Source of the DNA: Lobosporangium transversale
Lineage: Eukaryota
NCBI RefSeq assembly: GCF_002105155.1
Contig: NW_019028993.1
Coordinates: 744,001 to 808,000 of the forward strand
Direction: 5' to 3'
Length of the DNA: 64,000 nucleotides
Both the position numbers and the translations under genes were made by a program. Below the pieces are notes generated by a model. That model did no database searches. It saw nothing but the letters and a program-made list of their open reading frames with translations, and was not told where the DNA came from. Shown piece by piece: positions 50,040 through 61,475 of the stretch (the stretch's first letter is position 1; each line of letters opens with the position of its first letter).

Positions 50040-51071
50040 TCAATAGATAGTATTCCAACCATGGGCATCACTGACAGCTTGGAGTCTCTTATGGATACCT
50101 ATGATGAGTTTGCGGCAGAAGTCCACTGGGATCCTGTACCATTCAACCGATATTCGCTCCCATAGTTCATCACAGCTCTTAGCTCGCTCCGGATACCTAG
50201 AGAGCCGCCTATCCAATTCTGCCCACATGTGTTCAATAGGGTTGAGGTCAGGGGATTGTGCTGGCCACTCTAGAAGTGTACCTTCCTCTTCTGTCAGATG
50301 TACTGACTCCAAATACTTCCTAACAATCTTCGCCGTGTGCTTCGAGTCATTGTCGTGCTGAAAGACGATATCGCTTTTAGTTAGGCCCCAGTCATCAAGC
50401 GACATCTGTAGATCCTCCTGCAGTAGTTTGATGTAAAGTTGTGCGTCCATATTATTGTCAATCTTTGCAATGTATCCAGGTCCGTACCATGAGAAGCATG
50501 ACCACACTTTAACATTACCACCCCCAAACTTGACAGTGCCTTGCACCGAACTGCGAGTGAGGCGTCCCGGATTGTCGCCCCAGATCCACTGCACGCCATC
50601 AGAGCAGATTCGGTTTATTTTCGATTCATCTGACCAAATAACCTTTTTCCAATCTTCCAGAGTCCATTCCTTATACTTATTGATAAAATGCAAACGAGCT
50701 TTAATATGTCGTCGACGTAAAGCTGGCTTATGTACACGCCTCTTTGCTGTCAATCCTAACTCCTTGAGCCGTCGTCTAACGGTGGTCTCAGAAACAGCCG
50801 CTGGTATGAGCTGGTTGGCTCTAACGGTGGCCTCAACTGCAGACTTGAGTGTACCTCGTTTCATGTTCACCTTAAGATACTGCATGATACCTCTAGGTAC
50901 TTTCCTTGGTCGACCGCCTTTATTGACTGGCATGTACTCCTTATTATGTGCATAGATCCTGGTGGCCGTCGCTATTGATATACCAACACTAGCAGCAGTT
51001 TCTCTAGTAGACATGCCTCCCATCATTAACCTCCTGGCTTCGTTGACTTTCCTTTGTGGAGTGGGTCTCAT
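50040..51071 (-). CDS. Tc1-C transposase (intact ORF)
   Basis: GRPRK, WSDESK, FQHDND, SPDLNPIE. Confidence 0.92.
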   Translation of the reverse strand: MRPTPQRKVNEARRLMMGGMSTRETAASVGISIATATRIYAHNKEYMPVNKGGRPRKVPRGIMQYLKVNMKRGTLKSAVEATVRANQLIPAAVSETTVRRRLKELGLTAKRRVHKPALRRRHIKARLHFINKYKEWTLEDWKKVIWSDESKINRICSDGVQWIWGDNPGRLTRSSVQGTVKFGGGNVKVWSCFSWYGPGYIAKIDNNMDAQLYIKLLQEDLQMSLDDWGLTKSDIVFQHDNDSKHTAKIVRKYLESVHLTEEEGTLLEWPAQSPDLNPIEHMWAELDRRLSRYPERAKSCDELWERISVEWYRIPVDFCRKLIIGIHKRLQAVSDAHGWNTIY

Positions 51072-52316
51072 ATTCTGTGAAGGTATAGTTAAGAGAGAGT
51101 TAAGCAAGTGTTCATAAAGGAAAGAGAGAAAAGACCTTTTATACTTGCATTAAATGACGTCCAAAAGTTGTCATGGGCAACATTTTAGACCACATGTGAA
51201 ACTGATTCAATGACCTGCATGAACAAAAAAGTCATTAGCTATTCAAATGAGACAAGCTAATGTCACAACGCATCACTATGACGTAGAAGAAGACGGGAGC
51301 TTTATTAAACCAAAGTATGAGTGGTGTATGCATATACGGTTTCTAGGAATGAAAAAAAGAAATGCACATGGGAATGAATTATTGAATCAGTGTTTTTAAT
51401 TGTTTTCGCCATTTTAAAAAATGGATTCGCTATTTTCAATTTGAGTTTCTCCAAAGAAACACAAGATTTATCCAATTTAAGCTAATATGTAAAATTATCC
51501 CACAAGTTATCCGAATGTGTCTAAAATATTATCAAGTTCTCCAAACTGATAACCGAACCGATTATTAGAATTATCCAAACATCATGTCTTTATTAGCAAG
51601 ATAGGCGACCAATTTGAGTAACTTTACATACATATTATCCTAAATATTAGCGTTTTTTTTTTTTTTTTTTTCACTGAACTCTCACAGACCTAGAGATTAT
51701 ATTCTCTGTTGAGAGACCTTGGGAAGAAGGTGGTTGCATGACGAATCCAACTTTGACAATCCTTCCGAGATATGGACTTGAATGCGTCCTGAAACCTAGA
51801 GCGCATGGTCTCACCAGCCTCAAGGCGGCTCTTCTTGAACGTGTTCTTAACTTTTGACCAGCATTCTTCAATCGGATTCAAGAACGGTGAGTATGGGGGT
51901 AGATATTCACAAAAATGCCCTGCTTCTTCTATGAGGTCCCTGACTAGCGGTGCAAACGTGTTATACAATACTGACTCAAACCTTTGAGGAGGGCTCAACT
52001 ATCACGCGCACCCCAGGCGCCAAGACGCCAAGCCCAAGTGCCAAGACACCAAGCCCCAACCCTATCAATTATCAGTATAAATAGTCCACTACGTTATAGC
52101 CAAATAAAGTATCCTTTGACCTTCGATTCCACCTAAGATCACCTTTGATTGTTACTATTTACATGGTAGCAAAGGTTCATCGAACCACCGACCCCGCCAG
52201 AAACCGCTTATATTTCCCTCTGATATTTTTCCCTAGATCCCTCTGATATTTTCCTAGATAAAATTTAAAAATTTACCCCTGCATTTGATTTTTTTTTTTT
52301 TTTTTTTTTTTTTGCC

Positions 52317-53288
52317 ATGGACAACCTCACCACTTCCTTGAAAGCTCTTAACCTTGATGCCAGTACCAGCCTATCCGTGCAGAACGCTGTGCAAACCTTC
52401 CTCGAATCCCGACAGGATAGTGCTTCTAGCGCTGCCGCCTTTAATGACCATGTCCGCACGGTGGCTGCTGTGATAAAACCTACCAAACCAGAACCATACG
52501 AGGGAAATGTCGACGCTGTCGCGGTCCTCAACTTCTTGGAGAACCAAGAAGAGTACTTCGAGATCATGGAGCTTAACCACTCCCGTTGGGTCCGATATAC
52601 CGTTGTCAACCTGAAAGGAGACGCCAAGGCATGGTGGCGAGACTCGGAAATGACAATTGATACACCATGGGACACTTTCCGAAGTAAATTCATCGAAAAC
52701 TTCACACCCCCTGACACGGCTTCTTCAGCCCAGAAAGCACTGGTTCAATTAAAACAAGGTAAATCCTCAGTAGCGGAATACACTGCCAAATTCCGCCGCC
52801 TCCAACGCCTCACACCCAAACTGGAGGAATCATGGCTTGTCCTCCATTATACCTACGGCCTTGTAGAAGACACAAGCAAGGAAGTCCTCCTTCGCCAGCC
52901 TCAGACTCTCAACCAGGCCATCAAGCAGGCTACGATGATCCACAGCATTTTACATTCCTCTAGACCCCCCATCATGACAAGCCAAACAAGCCAACCCACA
53001 CCGACCCCGATGGACCTAGACGCAATGCAGATGATGTTCAATAACTTCCTACTACAGAGTACAAACTCCACAGGCTTAGCGAACTTCCATCGCCCCCCCT
53101 CGACTAACAACAGACCACTCTCCAAGCTCACCGAAAATGACAGAACAAAACTGCGCCGCGCAGGCGCTTGCTTTCGCTGCAGAAAGAAGGGACACATGGC
53201 CAAGAACTGCCGCGTGACTAGGAACTTGAACAACCTGGAACAACAAGACGACTACGACGACTCGGGAAAAGAGGAGAGCGAGCTGTAG
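52317..53288 (+). CDS. Gy5 Gag
   Basis: AKAWW, LKQG..SVAEY, PTPMDLD, CFRCRKKGHMAKNC. Confidence 0.93.
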   Translation: MDNLTTSLKALNLDASTSLSVQNAVQTFLESRQDSASSAAAFNDHVRTVAAVIKPTKPEPYEGNVDAVAVLNFLENQEEYFEIMELNHSRWVRYTVVNLKGDAKAWWRDSEMTIDTPWDTFRSKFIENFTPPDTASSAQKALVQLKQGKSSVAEYTAKFRRLQRLTPKLEESWLVLHYTYGLVEDTSKEVLLRQPQTLNQAIKQATMIHSILHSSRPPIMTSQTSQPTPTPMDLDAMQMMFNNFLLQSTNSTGLANFHRPPSTNNRPLSKLTENDRTKLRRAGACFRCRKKGHMAKNCRVTRNLNNLEQQDDYDDSGKEESEL

Positions 53289-56200
53289 ACCAGGCCAGCC
53301 TCGCTCTCACCACCAACCCTCGAGTCCTGGGCTCTAGAGGGCGTAGTCATATGGATTTAAGTAGTAACAACAGTAATAAAAACTCTAGTTCTCCTAAATC
53401 CATGATTATGCCTTCTCGCTCCTCTCCCATATTTTCTCTATCCTCTCTCTTATCATTACCCTCTAAAAGCACCTTGCACCACACCACTTCCATTCCTCCG
53501 GATTCCCTAAATCACCTCTCCCCCGATTCCCATCCCGCGTCATCTGTCACTGAAATCAAATCATCTTCAAACCAAGACACAAATGAAAATTCACCTACCC
53601 CCTCTACTTCCCACGAACACCTTGCTAGTAAACCACCCCGTCGTCGTCGTCGTCATGCCACACACCTCCAATCCCTGTCCGCTGTCTACACCAATGCGAG
53701 ACGACTACTAACCTTCATTGGGGCCGTCAACGGACACCCTGCGCGAATCCTCATTGATGGTGGAGCAGAAGGAAATGTATTGAGTTCAAAATTTTGCAGA
53801 AAACATAACATTATCATAGACAACGCGAACCCTATCCCTATCATTCATCCGAATGGCACAGCAGTCATGTCCCCAGGAACCGCATCTGTTACCCTTGAAC
53901 GTGGTTCCTATGGTGAAAAGATTCAAAGTATCATCTACCCCTCGAAAAAATATGATCTCATCCTAGGGAAACCTTGGCTAACCGCAGTCAATCCCCAAAT
54001 CAACTGGCGCACTAACGATTTACACTTTGAACACGATGGTAAACACATACTATGGGAATGTCGAGGGCATACCTCCTCCTCCGCTCGTCAAAATTGCCTT
54101 TCTGCCATAAACTTTGCTGCATTAGCATTAGAACCCGAAACGACAACATTCTTGGCCCAAGTAAGAACCACTTCACCACCAACAAACCTAGACTCAACAC
54201 TACCCGAATCGATTCAACAAATTGTCCAAGTAGAATTTCCAGACCTCTTTCCTGACACACTACCGGACGGACTCCCTCAGGATCGTGGCGATAGCATGCG
54301 AATCGAGACTGAAAATAATACCGATCCACCTGTAAGACCAGTCATTCGCTTATCAATTGCTGAATTAGACGAACTAAAAACACAACTCACAGAACTACTG
54401 CGCAAAGGCTTCATCTCTCCAAGTACATCACCCTACGGAGCACCAGTTTTATTCGTTAAAAAGAAGGATGGCGGACTGAGGATGTGTGTAGACTACAGAG
54501 GATTAAACAAAATAACCCGTAAGAATCGCCATCCACTACCAAGAATCGACGAGCTAATAGATCGTTTCAGGACAGCACGATTTTTTACAAAGCTCGACTT
54601 ACTATCCGGATATCATCAAATGCGCGTTCATCCAGACGACCGACATAAAACGGCATTTCGAACACGCTACGGTCACTATGAGTTTAACGTCGTCCCTTTC
54701 GGACTCACCAACGCACCTGCCGCCTTTTCAGCCATGATGCGCAACGTGTTGGATCCTGTGCTGGATAAATGCACCGTAGTTTACCTAGATGATATACTGA
54801 TTTATTCTGATAACAAAGAGCAACATCTACAAGACATCAGAAACGTTCTTAGGCTCCTACGCAAGGCAGGCCTCTTTTGCAAGCTTTCCAAGTGTTCATT
54901 TATGCAAGAGGAGACAGAGTTCCTAGGCCATGTTATATCCAAAGATGGACTCAAAACAAACGGAGCACTGGTTAAGGCAGTTAGAGAATGGCCAACACCC
55001 ACAACACAGCGCCACGTCATGCAGTTCCTTGGATTAACAAACTTCTATCATCAATACATCGACCACTATGCTGATATCGCGCTTCCCCTTACTGATCTGT
55101 TAGGCTCAACTACAACATTCTACTGGAGCAAGCCTCACCAAGAGGCCTTTGAAAGACTGAAGCAGGCAGTCACCATGGCACCCGTACTCAGAATTTTTGA
55201 CCCTGCCCTAGCAACTTCCGTCGAAACTGATGCATCAGGTTTCGCCATTGGTGCAGTCTTGTTCCAAACAGATCACAAGGGCGAATCGCGCCCTGTTGCC
55301 TTTACATCACGAAAGTTGAGCTCTGCAGAACGAAACTACCCAACCCATGAGCAAGAATTACTAGCTGTCGTCCACGCCTTAAGAACATGGCGATACTATT
55401 TGGATGGATCTCATTTTATTGTCTATACTGACCATGCCACATTGCAGCATTTTCCAACCCAGCCAAACCTGACTCGGAGACAGGCCAGATGGATGGAACT
55501 CCTACAAGAATACGACTTCAACTTCAAGTACAAACCAGGCAAAGACAACATCGTCCCCGACGCTCTCTCAAGGAGGCCTGACCACAAGGCGCAGGATCCC
55601 GCCAGTGAGCAGATTAACTCCATAGAAATAAGTTTGGACCCAGGCTTACGGCAGCGCCTGATAAAGTGTTACCCATATGACCTTAAGTTAGGATCACTTT
55701 ACGAAAGCTGCCGCGAGGCAAGTCCCTCTGATCGTTATTTTGTTGCTGATGACCTATTGTGGATTAACATCGCTGGACAGACACGTTTATGTATCCCGAA
55801 TGATCCTAACATTCGCGCTCTCCTACTTCATGATGCACATGATTCTCCCATTGCTGGCCACCTCGGCTTCGAGAAAACATATGAAACCATGCGAAGGACT
55901 TTCTTTTGGCCACGAATGGCCCGAGACACCAAGACTTACATTGCATCATGCGAACAGTGCCAACGAAATAAACCACTGCTTCATCATCCTGCCGGATTAT
56001 TCAAACCTCTCGATATACCTCTTGAACGATGGGAAACTGTCACCATGGACTTCATTGGCCCTTTACCCAAGACGAACCGAGGGTTCAATGCCATAACTGT
56101 ATTCGTAGACAAGTTATCCAAACAAGTCCACTTCTGCCCTAGCCATACAACGGACACTGCTTCAGATATCGCGCGACTCTTCTTCAATAATGTCTTCCGA

Positions 56201-57103
56201 CTCCATGGCATGCCACGAGCTATTGTATCGGACAGAGACTCAAGATTCACGGGACACTTCTGGACCACATTGATGAAGCTCATGGGAACTAAACTCCATA
56301 TGTCTACAGCATTCCATCCTCAGACAGACGGACAGACGGAGCGAGCCAACAGGACCCTGGAGGAAATGCTACGATCTTATGTCTCGTACAAACAGAATGA
56401 CTGGGACTTGCTCTTACCAATGATGGAATTTGCATACAACAACTCCGTCAACCCCTCCACAGGGTTTTCCCCCTTTTTCCTAAACCACGGTCATCATCCC
56501 ATTGTCCCATCATCCCTCTTGAAACCACCAACAACAGATGTACCGGCTATCTCTACCTTCATTTCCACTCAAGCCTCTGCGTTGGCGCAAGCACAAGACG
56601 CAATAGCGACAGCTCAGGACATCCAAAAACGCCAAGCAGATAAAGCACGATCACCCGCCAGGTTCACTGTAGGCGATAGTGTCTTACTGAGTACGGAGCA
56701 TATCACTGTCGCAGCTCACGCAAACCGACCCTCCAAAAAGTTAGAACCAAAATTCATTGGACCATTCAAAATCATAGAGAAGATCAACGACAACGCGTAC
56801 AAGCTCGAGCTACCTCCGAACATGAAACAACACCCTGTCTTCAATACAGATTTATTACGACATTATCACGAATCCCCGGAGAATTTCGGCGAACGAGCAC
56901 CTGCCAGACCCCCACCAGATTTAGTCGATGGCGAAGAAGAATATGAAGTGGAAAAGATTCTGGATTACAAACTATTTGGCAGAACCCCCAAGTGGCTCGT
57001 GAAATGGAAGGGATATCCTGACGAAGAAGCAACATGGGAACGGAGATCCTCACTAGTTAATGCAAAAGAAGCACTGGAGGAATTTCAAAAAATGCAACAG
57101 TAA
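53264..57103 (+). CDS. Gy5 Pol (PR-RT-RH-IN-chromodomain), entered by -1 frameshift
   Basis: LIDGGA, MCVDYRGLN, YLDD, ETDAS, HHCC/DDE, GPF, EEYEVEKI..WLVKWKGY..EATWE. Confidence 0.95.
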   Translation, partial: GKRGERAVDQASLALTTNPRVLGSRGRSHMDLSSNNSNKNSSSPKSMIMPSRSSPIFSLSSLLSLPSKSTLHHTTSIPPDSLNHLSPDSHPASSVTEIKSSSNQDTNENSPTPSTSHEHLASKPPRRRRRHATHLQSLSAVYTNARRLLTFIGAVNGHPARILIDGGAEGNVLSSKFCRKHNIIIDNANPIPIIHPNGTAVMSPGTASVTLERGSYGEKIQSIIYPSKKYDLILGKPWLTAVNPQINWRTNDLHFEHDGKHILWECRGHTSSSARQNCLSAINFAALALEPETTTFLAQVRTTSPPTNLDSTLPESIQQIVQVEFPDLFPDTLPDGLPQDRGDSMRIETENNTDPPVRPVIRLSIAELDELKTQLTELLRKGFISPSTSPYGAPVLFVKKKDGGLRMCVDYRGLNKITRKNRHPLPRIDELIDRFRTARFFTKLDLLSGYHQMRVHPDDRHKTAFRTRYGHYEFNVVPFGLTNAPAAFSAMMRNVLDPVLDKCTVVYLDDILIYSDNKEQHLQDIRNVLRLLRKAGLFCKLSKCSFMQEETEFLGHVISKDGLKTNGALVKAVREWPTPTTQRHVMQFLGLTNFYHQYIDHYADIALPLTDLLGSTTTFYWSKPHQEAFERLKQAVTMAPVLRIFDPALATSVETDASGFAIGAVLFQTDHKGESRPVAFTSRKLSSAERNYPTHEQELLAVVHALRTWRYYLDGSHFIVYTDHATLQHFPTQPNLTRRQARWMELLQEYDFNFKYKPGKDNIVPDALSRRPDHKAQDPASEQINSIEISLDPGLRQRLIKCYPYDLKLGSLYESCREASPSDRYFVADDLLWINIAGQTRLCIPNDPNIRALLLHDAHDSPIAGHLGFEKTYETMRRTFFWPRMARDTKTYIASCEQCQRNKPLLHHPAGLFKPLDIPLERWETVTMDFIGPLPKTNRGFNAITVFVDKLSKQVHFCPSHTTDTASDIARLFFNNVFRLHGMPRAIVSDRDSRFTGHFWTTLMKLMGTKLHMSTAFHPQTDGQTERANRTLEEMLRSYVSYKQNDWDLLLPMMEFAYNNSVNPSTGFSPFFLNHGHHPIVPSSLLKPPTTDVPAISTFISTQASALAQAQDAIATAQDIQKRQADKARSPARFTVGDSVLLSTEHITVAAHANRPSKKLEPKFIGPFKIIEKINDNAYKLELPPNMKQHPVFNTDLLRHYHESPENFGERAPARPPPDLVDGEEEYEVEKILDYKLFGRTPKWLVKWKGYPDEEATWERRSSLVNAKEALEEFQKMQQ

Positions 57104-57183
57104 CACCAAAATTATTTTTCTCTGTTTCTTTTTTCTTTATTTTTCTTCTTTTTTTTTCTCTTCTCTCTTCCTTTCTTCTTTTA

Positions 57184-57831
57184 CTATCTCCTTTCCTCTC
57201 TTCCTCTCTTCCTTTTACCTCCCTTCTCTGCCCACTCCAGCATGGTAACAACCGCCATTTCCTCCATCAATCGACGACGTTCCCGTGCTCGCTCTTCTAC
57301 ACTCACATCCTGGGTCTGCAATGCACGAAACTCAAACGCTATCAGCGAAGAACACTCTCTTATCATCGACAGTCTCGGTCCCTCATGACGACTCCTCTTC
57401 CGTCGCCTCTCCGGCTCCTCAGGACCATCCTCTCCATCAACAGCTTCCCACTGTGCATTGTCACTCGTCGAACTTACAGAAGCCAAACGGACCCCAGCCC
57501 CCTCCACTCCCGACGTCGCTGAAGTACTCGACTCCACATGATCTCTGGCTTCCCTCACAGTTGGCGAATCGCCCACCTCAGGATACTCCTCCTTCGGTAG
57601 CATCCGCCCCAAGATTACAGGTGAAAGACGTGGAGACAATTCCAACCTCGTATCTAGCTCTTCCTCCTGAGGCACAGAATAAGGCTGTGTGGCGTCAGGG
57701 TCATCTGAAGAACCCTGGGAGCTTGGTACCGCCGACCGCTGTGTCAATACAACTTCAGAAAACACGCCACCAGAAGGAGCACGACCTTTACGCGGTGGCA
57801 TTGGATGAGAAGCCTTGCGTGAAGACATCAT
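57184..57831 (-). CDS. Hypothetical antisense ORF (~215 aa) inside the Gy5 3' region
   Basis: ATG-initiated open frame bounded by low-complexity AT-rich sequence; basic NLS-like clusters. Confidence 0.5.
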   Translation of the reverse strand: MMSSRKASHPMPPRKGRAPSGGVFSEVVLTQRSAVPSSQGSSDDPDATQPYSVPQEEELDTRLELSPRLSPVILGRMLPKEEYPEVGDSPTVREARDHVESSTSATSGVEGAGVRLASVSSTSDNAQWEAVDGEDGPEEPERRRKRSRHEGPRLSMIRECSSLIAFEFRALQTQDVSVEERARERRRLMEEMAVVTMLEWAEKGGKRKRGREERR

Positions 57832-59174
57832 GGAGACTTTTTTCCTTTTTTTTGAAATAAGCAAAGAGGAATGAGGAAAGAATGCAACACGAACTCACCA
57901 ACTCCATCGCCACTCATTCACCCATCCTCATCCACATGATCTGCATGAACCGCATGACCAGTAATTTTAACCAATCAGACATCACCACATCAATTTTTTT
58001 TTTATTTTATTTATTATTTTATTTATTTCTCCTCTCTTCTCTTCGTTTTCTTTATTTCCATCAATTTTTTTTTCTCTTTTCTTCTTCGATTTATGATCTC
58101 CTTCATTTTTGACGGGAAGGATGCAAACGTGTTATACAATACTGACTCAAACCTTTGAGGAGGGCTCAACTATCACGCGCACCCCAGGCGCCAAGACGCC
58201 AAGCCCAAGTGCCAAGACACCAAGCCCCAACCCTATCAATTATCAGTATAAATAGTCCACTACGTTATAGCCAAATAAAGTATCCTTTGACCTTCGATTC
58301 CACCTAAGATCACCTTTGATTGTTACTATTTACAAGCGGAGACTTGTGAATACGCGCATTATCCATTAGGAAAGTATATCCATGCATCTCTTTAGCCTCC
58401 AATATCTCAAGGACTTCACAAATGAAGTCCCTAAAATAGGCGCCCGTTGTTGAGCAACCAACTATACCGTCCTCGGACACCTGCGGAGGTCGTGCTGCAT
58501 TCCTACCACGGCCACGGCCCCCACGACCACGACCATGGCCACGACCACTGTTATCCGGAGCCTCAACTTGATCCTCTTCCCCCACCAATTCTTCATCATC
58601 AAGATCCACTGTAGTTACTGACATACAGATAATCCCAGTCGATGAAATTGCACCTACAACGCTGATATTCCTACCACGCGCGGTAGGACGCACAACGTTG
58701 ACAGGTTTTCCCTTTCGGGACCATCCGTACTCTCGAATCAAATGCAGGTTAAACCCTGCCTCATCAATGAAAATGGTCTTCTTCTCGAAGTCTTGGTGGT
58801 CCACAGGGTTCTGCATCTTCTCGGCAAATTTCTCTCTCGCTGTGAGCACGGCGGGGTCATTTCGTTTATCTGAGACCTTTCTGATGCGCTTGAGTGTATA
58901 CTCACACATATTTGTGACATAGTTGTAGACCGTAGAAAGAGACACTTGGACTTCAGGGAAACTGTCGTGGAGAGCCTTGTGGACTTCCATGAGCGTCGAA
59001 AGAGGCTTTTCGTCCAAGAAATCCTCTATGTACTTGTAGTGCTCTGTTGTCAGCTTTGGAACCACTCGGGGCTTCTTGGAAGGGAGCTTGCCTGTTTCCC
59101 TGTAATGCTTGATATACCTATAAGAAAATTCCAAATGAGCATAGCTAGCAATAATATTCCGAGGTGTTGTTTAG

Positions 59175-59275
59175 CAGTGCTCCTATTCGGTTTAAAATTT
59201 TGTCAATTGATACATTATTTATTTTTTAATCTGAAACATCATAATTGACAAAATTTAAACCGAATAGGAGCACTG
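59175..59275. mobile_element. hAT-type MITE (short form) in intron 2 of the Tc1-E transposase
   Basis: TIR CAGTGCTCCTATTCGG; 8-bp TSD TTGTTTAG. Confidence 0.92.
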
Positions 59276-59871
59276 TTGTTTAGTACAAATTGCCATCAAA
59301 CTTGATTATTACCTCCAAGCGGTCCTTGGATTCAGGTGCACCGCTCTAGCCGCTTCGGCTACTGTACACATGTGATTGGTCCAGTAGTCGATCAGCCTTT
59401 GGGAGGCCTCTTCCGGGACTTTAGAATACTCGGTAGGCCTGCTGCGTTTCCTTTTACGGCACATGTCTCTCAGACTTGGCTCCTCAAATTCGAGGGCAGA
59501 GTCATATTCAACCTGGTCAAAAGGAGCCCTAGGTGATTGGTTGAGCTCTCTTTCTAGTTCATCCTCGTCAAATTGGTGCTGGGAATAGATACAGGTCATC
59601 TTAGGTCCTTTCCCTTTGTTATTGTTTCTGTCAATAGGCTCGCTAGCGACAGATGAACCAATGACAGGGATTTCGGGAGCAGGCGCATCCACGGCAGGTG
59701 TACCAAAGTCAAGCTCGTGGCCAGTATATGTGGGAGGTGTCCAAGGATTGTATGGGTCTACCTCATCGTCGCTCTCTTCCTCTGCTATCAATCGACGAGT
59801 TCGAGTACGAGACTGTGATGAGGAACCTAGATGAACGAACGAAATGCCGCCATCATAAGCATGACGATATA

Positions 59872-61475
59872 CAGTGGTCATCAAAAGTCATTCAATGAAT
59901 TAGGAATTTCGACATTCTCATTCCTTTCTCCAATTTGATCTTGCTTGTCGCTAATGAAACTTACGTAGCGAGTTTGACCATCGACAACGTCACTCCTACT
60001 ACAATGTCAATGAGCTCCTGTTGCTAATTGAAAATTTAGATGAATGCCAATTATTGGCATCTCATTGAATGACATTTGAAGAAAATCAGCAGCTTTGCTT
60101 TATTTGTTTTTTTTTTCTGTTCTTCAGCAATGTGTACGAGATCCTTTCATGCGATGTAGCTCCTCTACCCTTCGTGGCATACTTTCATATAGCTCATCAA
60201 GGAAGTCAGGTGGAATAGATGTCCAGATATCCTGTAGTCTTTCCCATAGTTCATCCAGATCCTTTGGTACCTTCTCATATCCCTTGAGCCGATGATCCAT
60301 GTAGGCCCATACATTCTCGATAGGGTTGAGGTCAGGAGAATTTGGAGGCCACTCCAAAGTGGTAATGTGTGACTTAATTAAGAACTCTTTAACCATCCTA
60401 CTCGTATGAACACTTGCATTGTCCTGCTGAAAAATTAACTTTTCAGGGTCCTGGCCATGCCACTTCCATGAGCCGAGGACATAATCTTGTAGAACATCAA
60501 CATATAAAGAGGAATCAACTGTGACAGGGATCCTGCAACCATCGCCTACACCATGATAAGTGATACAGCCCCACCACATAAGTTTGTTATGTGCTCCCCT
60601 TGATCTCTCTCTAACATCTCGATCTTCTAAAGTCCTGTGGCCGGGTCGCCTATATTGTGTTCTTCCTCCTAAGGACCCTAGCCTTTCAAAAAGCTTTTCG
60701 TCCGAGAACATCACTCGCTTCCAGTCATCAACAGTCCAGTCAAGGTGGTTGAGGGCAAAATTCTTCCTTTTCGCAATCTGCATTTTTGTCAGCCTAGGCT
60801 TGAATGGGCGGACATAGTTTTTCAAACCCTCTGATTTTACATAGCGTCGGGCAGTCTCTACACTGACATGCACTCCATGGCTCGATCTGATGTATTCTTG
60901 AACTGCCAGAATGGATCTAAGTTTCCCCGTATCAACCTCGCGTGCAATAACCCTCTTGGTAGCAGGGGAAACCAATGAGGGTCTGCCCATTCTGGGTTTA
61001 GGAATATTGTCCTTGACGTCACTCCTGATCCTTATTGCCGATGAAATAGAGATACCAAGTTGCCTTGCCACTTCGCTTGTAGACTTCCCTTGTCGAAGTA
61101 AGGCCTGAGCATTTTGTACCTTTTCCATAGAAAGCGTCCTCATAATAAATACTAAGCGATGTGGAATGTTAATTGTAAGTAGAGGTGTATGAAGATATAG
61201 CTGAAGGTAATCTTGGTAGAAAAAAGAGAAGTGAAAAAGTTTTTTTTGCAATCAACATTGAAATTCAGCAGAAGTCATTCAATAGGCAGGTCAAATTGAA
61301 ATTGGTCTTATTTCACAATGAAGTCATAATTAGGAATGAGACATCAAAGTAATCATGAGGTGTGGGGAACAAATGCACTACCCCAAATATACTAGCCACA
61401 TGCTAGATGAGAATGAAGAAAAGGAATGAGAATGTTAAAAATTCAAAATCATTGAATGACTTTTGATGACCACTG
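59872..61475 (-). mobile_element. Tc1-A, complete; DD34E transposase 61143-60124
   Basis: 26-bp TIRs, TA TSD, FSDEK / FQQDN / SPDLNPIE, intact ORF. Confidence 0.95.

Larger units (their letters stand above)
51951..58334 (+). mobile_element. Gy5: apparently intact chromovirus; LTRs 51951-52163 and 58122-58334
   Basis: 213-bp LTRs identical by eye, TSD AGCGG, PBS TGGTAGCAAAG, PPT GACGGGAAGGA. Confidence 0.97.

Noticed and set aside
57285..57860. 191-aa sense ORF as an env-like gene
   Set aside because: No evident signal peptide or TM anchor; likely the shadow of the antisense ORF
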